The position numbers were made by a program, and so were the translations under genes. From Patescibacteria group bacterium (lineage in GTDB: Bacteria; Patescibacteriota; Minisyncoccia; Phycocordibacterales; Phycocordibacteraceae), in the NCBI GenBank assembly GCA_038057055.1, contig JBBUDY010000002.1, positions 1 through 47,647 on the forward strand: a stretch of 47,647 nucleotides of DNA, read 5' to 3'. Below the pieces are notes generated by a model, which was given only the letters and a program-made list of their open reading frames with translations, had not been told where the DNA came from and searched no databases. The stretch's first letter is position 1, and the number at the start of each line of letters is the position of its first letter. This document shows positions 40,543-47,647 of the stretch, piece by piece.

Positions 40543-41303
40543 CTATTAAAAACGACACCGAACGAGAGGATCTCATCGAGGGAGGGAAGCGCCTTGCGCG
40601 CGTGTTTGAGACGCTGCGCGCCAAAGTTGCGCCCGGTGTGACGGCTGAAGAGCTTGATGATTTAGCAGAGCAGCTAATCCGCGAGGGAGGTGACGAGCCG
40701 TGCTTCCTCGGCTATACGTCCGAGGGCGCGCGTCGACCGTATCCAGCGACGCTCTGTGTCTCGATAAATGACGAAGTGGTGCATGGCATCCCAAATGAGT
40801 CGGTGAAGACGCTGAAAGAGGGTGACATTGTCGGTCTCGATTTAGGACTCACGCACAACGGCGTCATCGTAGATGCTGCAATCACCGTGCCAGTCGGCGA
40901 GGTGAGTGAAGAGTCGAAGAAACTTCTTCGCGCGACAGAAAAAGCGCTCGCCACCGGAATTGCGAAAGCAATTCCGGGAAATCATATCGGCGACATTTCG
41001 TCTGCTATTCAAAAAGAGATTGAAAATGCCGGCTTCAAGGTAGTGCGAGAACTTGGCGGACATGGCGTGGGTGAACTCGTGCACGAGGAGCCATTTATTC
41101 CAAACTTCGGTCGCGCAGGTGAAGGAGAATTGCTCCTTGAGGGTATGGTGCTCGCACTCGAGCCCATTGCGGCGGCTGGCAAAGCAGCAGTCACGCTCGC
41201 CCCCGACGGTTATACGTACCGCACCAAAGACGGCTCTCGCTCCGCACACTTCGAACACACTATCTTGCTTGAAGCGTCTGGAGCGCGTATCATAACCACA
41301 TAA
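40539..41303 (+). CDS. map: Methionine aminopeptidase
   Basis: SINDEVVHGIP, GHGVG..HEEP, SAHFEHT. Confidence 0.95.
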   Translation: MTIKNDTEREDLIEGGKRLARVFETLRAKVAPGVTAEELDDLAEQLIREGGDEPCFLGYTSEGARRPYPATLCVSINDEVVHGIPNESVKTLKEGDIVGLDLGLTHNGVIVDAAITVPVGEVSEESKKLLRATEKALATGIAKAIPGNHIGDISSAIQKEIENAGFKVVRELGGHGVGELVHEEPFIPNFGRAGEGELLLEGMVLALEPIAAAGKAAVTLAPDGYTYRTKDGSRSAHFEHTILLEASGARIITT

Positions 41304-41331
41304 TCGCCGCAGGCGATTTTATTTTTAAACT

Positions 41332-41916
41332 ATGGCAAACAAGAATCCAAAAGAAGAGAGGACGTACGTAATGATTAAACCTGATGGCGTAAAAAAAGGT
41401 CTGATTGGCGAGGTCATCAGACGTTTTGAACAGCGTGATCTTAAGATCGTTGCACTCGAGATGTTCCAGCCGACGTTTGAAGAAATGGATAATCATTATC
41501 CGAAGGATTTGACATGGATCACACGTCTCGGAGGGAAGACACTCGCCACGTATGAGAAATATCAGTTTAATCCAATGGAAGATTTTGGTACGACTGACCC
41601 GGCACAAATTGGCCCTGAGATACGCAAGTGGCTCATCGATTATATGCTCTCTGCGCCACTCGTGAAAATGGTGGTTGAAGGCACGCATGCGGTTGATATG
41701 GTACGTAAGATTTGCGGTCCCACGTTGCCATATCTTGCAGACATGGGCACCATTCGCGGGGACTTCTCGAACGATTCGCCAGTTTTTGCAAATGCTGAGA
41801 AACGAGCCGTTGCGAACATTCTCCATGCATCCGAGACAATTGAGGAGGCAGCACACGAAATTGAACATTGGTTTGGAGATGTCAAGACATTTAGCTATAA
41901 ACGTCACGGCGAATAG
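41332..41916 (+). CDS. ndk: Nucleoside diphosphate kinase
   Basis: ERTYVMIKPDGV, GTIRGDF, NILHAS. Confidence 0.93.
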   Translation: MANKNPKEERTYVMIKPDGVKKGLIGEVIRRFEQRDLKIVALEMFQPTFEEMDNHYPKDLTWITRLGGKTLATYEKYQFNPMEDFGTTDPAQIGPEIRKWLIDYMLSAPLVKMVVEGTHAVDMVRKICGPTLPYLADMGTIRGDFSNDSPVFANAEKRAVANILHASETIEEAAHEIEHWFGDVKTFSYKRHGE

Positions 41917-41956
41917 TTTTCCACAGAGCTATTTGACACAGGGTGTATAGTTATAA

Positions 41957-42103
41957 GTGGAGCTGTTCTTAAAAACGCAACTTGCTCATCATTGGGGAAA
42001 TTCTGCATTAAGGTTCGCTTGGTGAATTCCGCAAGGAGATCCGAGAGCCACCGTTGCTTATCCCACGTAGCAAGAACAAAGTTGCTTAAGAGGACAGTTC
42101 CGC
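41957..42103 (+). ncRNA. Probable 6S RNA-like rod-shaped ncRNA
   Basis: 5' GTGGAGCTGTTCTT pairs with 3' GAGGACAGTTCCGC. Inner stems GCAACTT/AAGTTGC and TGGGGA/TCCCA, a central bubble and a GCAA-capped apical stem. TATAGT lies upstream and a terminator downstream. Confidence 0.6.
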
Positions 42104-42131
42104 AAAAAGCCGCCTTAGTGGGCGGCTTTTT
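42104..42131 (+). terminator. Intrinsic terminator
   Basis: AAAAAGCCGCC-TTAGTG-GGCGGCTTTTT. Confidence 0.85.
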
Positions 42132-42148
42132 GCGGTATAGTGAGAAAA

Positions 42149-43555
42149 ATGAAACTGACTTTCTATGGCGGAGCAGGGAAGGTGACAGGCTCCAATTTTT
42201 TGGTCGAGGGTACACGTGGAAAGATTCTTATTGATTGCGGCATTGAGCAGGGAGCCGACTTCGTGGAAGCGCATATCTACGGACCATTTCCCTATGATGT
42301 GAAGAGTGTTGATGCGCTCGTCGTGACGCACGCGCACCTCGACCACGTCGGGAGAATCCCCAAGCTCGTGAAGGACGGCTTCCGCGGGAAGATTTACATG
42401 ACGCCGCCGACAAAGGATCTTGCCGAACTTATTCTCCGCGACTCGGTGGGCATTCTTGGTGAAGAGGCGTCGCGCCGTGGCATTGCGCCACTCTATGAGG
42501 AGCAAGATGTTGACGAGACGTTCTCACTTATTGAAACGCTTGACTATCATACAGAAAAAGAAATTGCGCCCGGACTCTCGGTGTATTTACGTAACGTTGG
42601 CCACATACTCGGTTCGGCGAGTGTGCGTATCACGGATAAAGAAGATGATACGACGCTAGCGCTCACCGGCGACATCGGCAATTCCCCCTCGCCACTTCTG
42701 CCTGACTGGGAGCCGATACCAGATGCAGATGCGCTCGTGATGGAGAGTGTGTATGGCGATCGACTTCATCCGCCACAGAGCGAGCGCGTCGCGAAACTCC
42801 GCGACGCGCTCGCGCGCGCAATCGAGAAGGGTGGCACGATACTCATCCCCGCATTCTCACTCGAGCGCACGCAACTGATGCTCTATGAACTCTCAAATTT
42901 CTTTGATGCCGGAGAGTTGCCAAAAATCCCGGTATTTCTCGATTCACCGCTCGCGATACATGTGACTGAAGTGTATGAAAAGTGGGGGATGACGTATTTC
43001 AAGTCCGAGACCGAGGACGAGATGAAACGAGAGGGGAGCATCTTCGAATTCCCGTTCTTGAAACAAACGCTCTCACGCGCAGAGTCGGTAGCGATAGAGA
43101 AGACGCCGGGGCTAAAGATTATCATCGCCGGCGCAGGGATGAGCCATGGTGGCCGTATCGGCCGCTGGGAAGCAAAGTATCTCCCCGACCCCTCCACAAC
43201 GCTCTTTATCGTCGGCTACCAGGCTCCTGGGACTCCTGGGAGGCGTATGGTAGAAGGCGCATCCTCGGTGCGCATCAATGGCAGCGATGTGCATATTCGC
43301 GCAAAAATAGAGAAACTCGAGGGCTGGTCAGCACACGCCGACCGTGACGGACTCCTGAAATTTGCAGAAGCCTGCCTGCGCAGGCAGGCCGCACTCGCCG
43401 GCAAGCGCACCAAGACCATTTTCACCGCGCTCGGTGAACCCTCTGCCGAGCGATTCTTCGCCCAGCGCATCCACGACTACCTCGGCGGCAATGCTGTCGT
43501 TCCCGACTACGGCGAAACCTGGGAGGTGACGAAGGATTCAGTTAGAAAAGTTTGA
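42149..43555 (+). CDS. MBL-fold beta-CASP ribonuclease
   Basis: VTGS, THAHLDHVGRIP, GHILGS, MESVYGDR, SAHAD. Confidence 0.92.
   Translation: MKLTFYGGAGKVTGSNFLVEGTRGKILIDCGIEQGADFVEAHIYGPFPYDVKSVDALVVTHAHLDHVGRIPKLVKDGFRGKIYMTPPTKDLAELILRDSVGILGEEASRRGIAPLYEEQDVDETFSLIETLDYHTEKEIAPGLSVYLRNVGHILGSASVRITDKEDDTTLALTGDIGNSPSPLLPDWEPIPDADALVMESVYGDRLHPPQSERVAKLRDALARAIEKGGTILIPAFSLERTQLMLYELSNFFDAGELPKIPVFLDSPLAIHVTEVYEKWGMTYFKSETEDEMKREGSIFEFPFLKQTLSRAESVAIEKTPGLKIIIAGAGMSHGGRIGRWEAKYLPDPSTTLFIVGYQAPGTPGRRMVEGASSVRINGSDVHIRAKIEKLEGWSAHADRDGLLKFAEACLRRQAALAGKRTKTIFTALGEPSAERFFAQRIHDYLGGNAVVPDYGETWEVTKDSVRKV
43370..43389. repeat. Family A palindrome in frame in the MBL RNase
   Basis: GCCTGCCTGCGCAGGCAGGC (ACLRRQA). 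Confidence 0.85.
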
Positions 43556-43629
43556 TTTTTTAATTGTGCAATTCTTAGACTCATGTAATATTGTCGATGG
43601 AGCCTTTTAGCTTCTTTCTGGAGAAGACA

Positions 43630-43857
43630 ATGTTTTCAAGAAGAACACTACCAACAGTCGTGTTTTCAATGCAGGGTCCATTTACCGAATCAACAGTGTA
43701 CGAAATGATTCAGAGGAACCACCCTAATGAATTCCGTGGTCTTAATTTAGCACTGTTAGTGGATATTTATCTGGGGAGACTCGTACGTTATAGGATTCTG
43801 ATCCAGAACGGTTTCGAGTTCTCTCTTCCACGGTGCAGGTCATTGCAAACGGAGTGA
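43630..43857 (+). CDS. Hypothetical protein, possibly a wHTH-like small domain
   Basis: GGAGA SD-like sequence before ATG 43630. Confidence 0.45.
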   Translation: MFSRRTLPTVVFSMQGPFTESTVYEMIQRNHPNEFRGLNLALLVDIYLGRLVRYRILIQNGFEFSLPRCRSLQTE

Positions 43858-43911
43858 AGCAACTAATATGATTTTCAAACGATTCGGGGGCGGCTCAAAC
43901 CGCCCTTTTGA

Positions 43912-44259
43912 TTAAACAACTTGCTTGGCAATGCGAGCAAAAATTTCAGGATGGTCGGAGGCGAATTGGGCGAGGACCTTGCGGTCGAGGGCGAAGCCGG
44001 TTTTCTTGAGCTTCGCGATGAAGGTGGAGTAGGACTTGTGGCCATTCTCGCGGACGGCGGCGTTGAGGCGGACTATCCAGAGTTGGCGGAAGTCAGTCTT
44101 CTTGTCGCGGCGGTGAGCAAACGCGTAGCGGCCTGCACGCATGAGCGCCTCGTGAGCGGCGTGGAGCTTCTTGGAGCGGATGCCACGATAGCCCTTAGCT
44201 CTCTCGAGAATATTCTTGCGGCGCTTATTCGCCATTACTCCTCCCTTGATTCTTGTCAT
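43912..44259 (-). CDS. rplT: 50S ribosomal protein L20
   Basis: AKGYRG, FRQLWIVRLNAA, LDRKVLA. Confidence 0.97.
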   Translation of the reverse strand: MTRIKGGVMANKRRKNILERAKGYRGIRSKKLHAAHEALMRAGRYAFAHRRDKKTDFRQLWIVRLNAAVRENGHKSYSTFIAKLKKTGFALDRKVLAQFASDHPEIFARIAKQVV

Positions 44260-44282
44260 ACGAAAATGATTACTACAATTAA

Positions 44283-44477
44283 TTACTTCGCCCCAGTTGC
44301 TGGCAAGAAGCGGCGGCGAACTTTCATCGACAAATTGATAGCCACGGAACCGCGTTTGCCGCGGCGCTCGCCGCCGCTCTGCTTGGCGTTGAAATGGTTC
44401 TGACCTTTTACACGCGCCATCAACTTCCCGTTGCGAGTGACGCGGATTCTTTTTGAATATGATTTATTTGTTTTCAT
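44283..44477 (-). CDS. rpmI: 50S ribosomal protein L35
   Basis: MKTNKSYSKRIRVTRNGK..GQNHFNAK, between infC and rplT. Confidence 0.92.
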   Translation of the reverse strand: MKTNKSYSKRIRVTRNGKLMARVKGQNHFNAKQSGGERRGKRGSVAINLSMKVRRRFLPATGAK

Positions 44478-45030
44478 TTTTTGGTTTTTGTTCCTTCTCG
44501 CGCTTCGCTTGGGCGATGAGGTCGCGCTCAATAACTCCCGCAAAGCCCTTTGGGCTCCGCGCGACCGGCTCGGCGACCTTGTAGGCATACGGGATGCGTA
44601 CAAGGAACTTCTCGAGACGATCTTTGAGGAATGCTTCCTCCATACTCTTGTAGCGGCCTTTGAGGAAGAGCTCGGCGCGCACACGGTGACCCTCGGAGAG
44701 CCACTCGGCGGCCTTCTTTGCCTTGAGCTCCATATCATGGTCCCCGGTGCCCACCTTGATCTGGACCTCCTTGGTTTCTGATACTTTTACCTTGGCTTTT
44801 GCTACCTTTTCCTTCTTGCTACGCTCGTATTCAAATTTACCATAATCTATGATTTTCGCAATTGGCGGGACGGCTGAGGGCGATATCTCGATAAGGTCGA
44901 GCCCCGCCTGCTTTGCCGCCGCAAGTGCCGCCTCGAGCGAGAGGATACCCAGATTGCTCCCGTCTGCACTAATCACGCGCAACTCTTGCGCGCGTATCTC
45001 GTTATTAATGCGAAGTCGTTCAGTGGCCAC
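44464..45030 (-). CDS. infC: Translation initiation factor IF-3
   Basis: RINNEIRA.ELRVI, DLIEISP.A.PP.AKIIDYGKF. Confidence 0.95.
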   Translation of the reverse strand: MATERLRINNEIRAQELRVISADGSNLGILSLEAALAAAKQAGLDLIEISPSAVPPIAKIIDYGKFEYERSKKEKVAKAKVKVSETKEVQIKVGTGDHDMELKAKKAAEWLSEGHRVRAELFLKGRYKSMEEAFLKDRLEKFLVRIPYAYKVAEPVARSPKGFAGVIERDLIAQAKREKEQKPKNENK

Positions 45031-45088
45031 TGGAAGTAGCTAGAATATAGCATAAAAAATGGGTAGGGTGCAAGGTATAATTTGGAAC

Positions 45089-45286
45089 ATGAAAATCCCA
45101 CCAGACCCGCGCACCCCATATATTCTCGACAAGGAACAAGACCAACGGATTTTCGCAAAGTTGGGACGATTTCAGAAACGGAAACTTACGAGCGAAGAAG
45201 AAAAACTTGTGGCGTTTCTGTACTCTCAGCTGGAAACAGACTGGCGAACTCCGCTCGAGGAATTTACAGACGATTTACTTCGTTAA
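45089..45286 (+). CDS. Hypothetical 65-aa protein
   Basis: Leaderless start 7 nt after TATAAT; SQLETDWRTPL. Confidence 0.65.
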   Translation: MKIPPDPRTPYILDKEQDQRIFAKLGRFQKRKLTSEEEKLVAFLYSQLETDWRTPLEEFTDDLLR

Positions 45287-45324
45287 AATCTGGCTCGGGT
45301 CGGAGAGGATGATTTCGACTTTGT
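45275..45324 (-). repeat. Second copy of the PLD-OB gene 3' end
   Basis: 32/35 nt match between 45290-45324 and 45884-45918. KVEIILSDPSQILTK* versus KAEIILSDPSQLSK*. Confidence 0.9.
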
Positions 45325-45364
45325 ACACAAGCTTGCTTGCTGGATAAAAGAGGGTATAATGGCA

Positions 45365-45458
45365 ATGTGCTCGTGAAGCGCAAGCTTTATTCGGCTAACG
45401 GAATTCCATACGCCGAAAGCGGGCACATCAAAGCAACCGTCATCTCGACGGTTTTTTT
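45365..45458 (+). ncRNA. Candidate small structured RNA (three-way junction plus terminator)
   Basis: Promoter TTGCTT-16-TATAAT (45333-45360). Stems ATGTGCTCG/CGGGCACAT, TGAAGC-GCAA-GCTTTA and TTCGGC/GCCGAA. Terminator AACCGTC/GACGGTT plus T run. Confidence 0.6.
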
Positions 45459-45853
45459 GTTTTCTTATTTTCCTTTTTCCACACGCTCAAGAAGGTTATA
45501 TTTCCGTCGCCAATTCTTCTCAAGACGACCGACACTAGAGCCTTCTGTTTCCCAACCACTTCTTTCAACTCCCATATTTCGTAATACTTTCCAAGCGGTT
45601 TTGAGTACTGCTCTTTTTTGTAGTCAGCAACGCTTGTTGCCAGCTGAATAACTGGAATAACAAGCGGTAGTAGACCGATCTTATATTTCTGTTCGCTCAG
45701 TTCCCTACGCTTGCCATGACTATCGTATCGTAAATGATAGAAGCCTTTTGAATTAAAAACGACATATTGATTTAAAATCGGACAATAGACTTTCTCAACG
45801 GTTTTATACCATGCTCTTTTTTCTTCAATAAAGTTAGAAAAGCTCTGCGCCAT
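45440..45853 (-). CDS. Putative BECR/RelE-like fold RNase
   Basis: VVFNSKGFYHL...R...EQ..., C-terminal beta meander VSVVLRR.GDG..TFLSV. Fold is inferred from motif pattern. AT-rich and leaderless. Confidence 0.6.
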   Translation of the reverse strand: MAQSFSNFIEEKRAWYKTVEKVYCPILNQYVVFNSKGFYHLRYDSHGKRRELSEQKYKIGLLPLVIPVIQLATSVADYKKEQYSKPLGKYYEIWELKEVVGKQKALVSVVLRRIGDGNITFLSVWKKENKKTKKPSR

Positions 45854-45871
45854 ACAGGAGATTGTATAACG

Positions 45872-46792
45872 TTATTTCGAGAGCTGACTCGGGTCGGAGA
45901 GAATGATTTCGGCTTTGTTTTGGTAGGAGGCGATTTTGCCGGTGAGGGTGATGGTTTGCCCCGCGTAGCGGGAGAGGTCGCCGAATTTTTCTGCATCATC
46001 GGCGAAGATGACGCCAGAGAAGGGACAGGTTTTGTATTGCTTACAGAAATCGAGAAAGACCGTGCCGGTTTTTGAGGTATAGGCTTCAACGAGTTTCCCG
46101 CGCACGGAGGCGTACTCGCCGACGTGATTCATGGCTTCTGTATAGTCGATGGTGCCGATAGAAACTGGCGCGGCCGCTCCCGCGGCCGCGCTGTTGCCTT
46201 TGTAGGCATCGAGCAATTTCTTCAAAATATTTTCATATGCTTGTCGGAGTGCGGGGTCGGTGCCGACTTCAAGTATTTCGTCATTGATGGTTGTCGCAGA
46301 CTTAGTCCAGTTGTAGCTGCCAAATGCATAGGCCTGCTCTGTCACGAGAAGTTTAATGTGCATAATGCCATTGCCGGTCGCGTGTTTCTCGGTCACGACT
46401 GGGATGCCGGCGGCGAGCAATTTTGCAGTAATCGGAGCACCATAACTATTACTGCTTTGTTCTGAATCCATAATTCCTTTTACTTCGACACCACGCTTCT
46501 TTGCTTCTACAAGCGCATCGGCGATGCTCGGAAGGGTAAAGGTATATATCGCAAAATAGACGTACTCCTCTGCTTCATTGATGAGCGCGATGAGCTCTTG
46601 GTCGTTCTGCCTCTTGTCGAGGCTATAAATAACACGTATTGAGTTTGCGGTCGGCGCCGAAACGGTTTGCACCGGAATAGCGACGCTTGGGGCTTGTCCC
46701 GCCGCGTCACCAGTCCCAATCGTGTACCCCGCGCCGCCCGCTGCAAGGGCGAAGATAAGGGCTGTAATCGCACGGATGATTCTCGGATTCAT
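45872..46792 (-). CDS. Secreted PLD/Nuc-family nuclease with C-terminal OB-fold
   Basis: Signal/TM segment, AIYTFT, MHIKLLVTE..GSYNWT (HKD-like), then an OB-like VRGKLV..GTVFLDF..GQTITLTGKI..Y..KAEI. Confidence 0.8.
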   Translation of the reverse strand: MNPRIIRAITALIFALAAGGAGYTIGTGDAAGQAPSVAIPVQTVSAPTANSIRVIYSLDKRQNDQELIALINEAEEYVYFAIYTFTLPSIADALVEAKKRGVEVKGIMDSEQSSNSYGAPITAKLLAAGIPVVTEKHATGNGIMHIKLLVTEQAYAFGSYNWTKSATTINDEILEVGTDPALRQAYENILKKLLDAYKGNSAAAGAAAPVSIGTIDYTEAMNHVGEYASVRGKLVEAYTSKTGTVFLDFCKQYKTCPFSGVIFADDAEKFGDLSRYAGQTITLTGKIASYQNKAEIILSDPSQLSK

Positions 46793-46846
46793 CTCGTTAG
46801 TATACCCACAAAAGCACTCGAGACACTAGCTAATCATACGGTGTAG

Positions 46847-47452
46847 CTATTCGCCTCGATTGGATGCTTCGAGCTCTTCCTTCTTAGCGCGATATGCAAG
46901 CAGATTATGTCTCCCGATGAAGAACAGAGCAATGAGGAACGCTCCAGCGATACCCCAGCGGACGTGACCGACCCACCCGGACGTGATACTGCCGAACCAG
47001 TACGATACTGAAAAAAGTCCTACCCCCACGAGCAATCCTCCGGTAAATGCCATAGGGAGATACGTGCGAAACGGGAGATGGAAGAAGCCGCTCGCAGCAA
47101 AAGTAGTGAATCGTAATCCGGGTATGAAATGGCCGGAAAAGACTTTTACTGCATACTTATGTTCAAGCCAAGAACGAAAAGGTGCCGTGAAGTCATGGTC
47201 GATATAGTGTGCAAGCCTCGGATGTGTGCGAGCAAATGAACCAAGAGCGTAGAGTGCAGTGTCTCCAATCATCATGCCGGTATAGAGCGATATGAGTGCA
47301 AGCGGAATCGATACAGTCCCATCTGCCGCAAGTACACCGACGATAACTATAGTAAGGTCTTCGAGAAAGAGGACGCAGAGAATAATTGCGAGCGCAAGGA
47401 CTACAGAGCTATCAACGGTGCCGCCGATGAGGTGAGAGAGAAAGACATCCAT
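46847..47452 (-). CDS. DedA/VTT family membrane protein
   Basis: LEDLTIV..G, GDTALYALG, FIPGLRF...ASG. Confidence 0.85.
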   Translation of the reverse strand: MDVFLSHLIGGTVDSSVVLALAIILCVLFLEDLTIVIVGVLAADGTVSIPLALISLYTGMMIGDTALYALGSFARTHPRLAHYIDHDFTAPFRSWLEHKYAVKVFSGHFIPGLRFTTFAASGFFHLPFRTYLPMAFTGGLLVGVGLFSVSYWFGSITSGWVGHVRWGIAGAFLIALFFIGRHNLLAYRAKKEELEASNRGE

Positions 47453-47647
47453 ATGAGTCTTCAGTCTAGCAGGTTTCTTTATGCACAGAACCATTCCTGA
47501 CCCCCGCTTTTTGTCGCAGATGAGAGTATCATACCTAGAGTATGAAAACACCCACGACCATTTTCGGTGTCATCCTGTTGCTACTTGGACTCCAGCACCC
47601 TCGCCCCTCAAAGTCCCCACCCTGCTTGCGTTAGCGAATAATAACTC

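Noticed and set aside
41917-41925. DnaA-box-like 9-mers here and near 5791 and 11564 as a replication origin
   Set aside because: They are isolated, imperfect and not clustered. There is no adjacent dnaA or unwinding element.
41957-42103. SRP (4.5S) RNA
   Set aside because: The conserved domain IV motif (CAGG...GGAA...AGCA) is not present.
45365-45428. Hammerhead ribozyme or tRNA
   Set aside because: It lacks the CUGAnGA core and the T-loop/cloverleaf. It is kept only as an unknown structured RNA.
47542-47634. 30-aa ORF MKTPTTIFGVILLLLGLQHP... at the window end
   Set aside because: It is too short and has no context. It may be a truncated remnant, which cannot be supported from this window.

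Overview
This window comes from a Patescibacteria/CPR genome, most likely Parcubacteria. That call is an inference from the missing rpmD, AT-rich non-SD starts and the typical gene set. Left part (1-17.4 kb): DksA/TraR-like gene, comM, Fic, LysM-M23 peptidase, pcrA/uvrD, rsmA and a cluster of secreted or membrane proteins that includes a VirB6/TrbL-like protein. Centre (17.4-41.9 kb): the str-S10-spc ribosomal supercluster from rpsL to secY, then adk, map and ndk. It is repeatedly interrupted by small accessory cassettes (VapBC, two MNT-HEPN pairs, HicBA, a PaaX/Cas2-like gene, HNH, orphans). Right part: a probable 6S-like RNA, a beta-CASP MBL RNase, infC-rpmI-rplT, a BECR/RelE-like nuclease facing a small structured RNA, a secreted PLD-OB nuclease and a DedA protein. 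Main unexplained signals: (1) five conserved genes (comM, fusA, rpsJ, rplB, the PLD gene) have a diverged, mostly synonymously recoded second copy of their 3' end downstream of a small cargo, with no integrase in view, which suggests a 3'-end-replacement gene-capture process; (2) a nuclease paired with a convergent three-way-junction ncRNA, a candidate RNA-antitoxin module; (3) a PaaX/Cas2-like gene bracketed by two 40-bp palindromic sites; (4) several short palindromic repeat families inserted in frame in ribosomal and other essential proteins; (5) pervasive leaderless starts. All calls were made by eye and no database searches were run.
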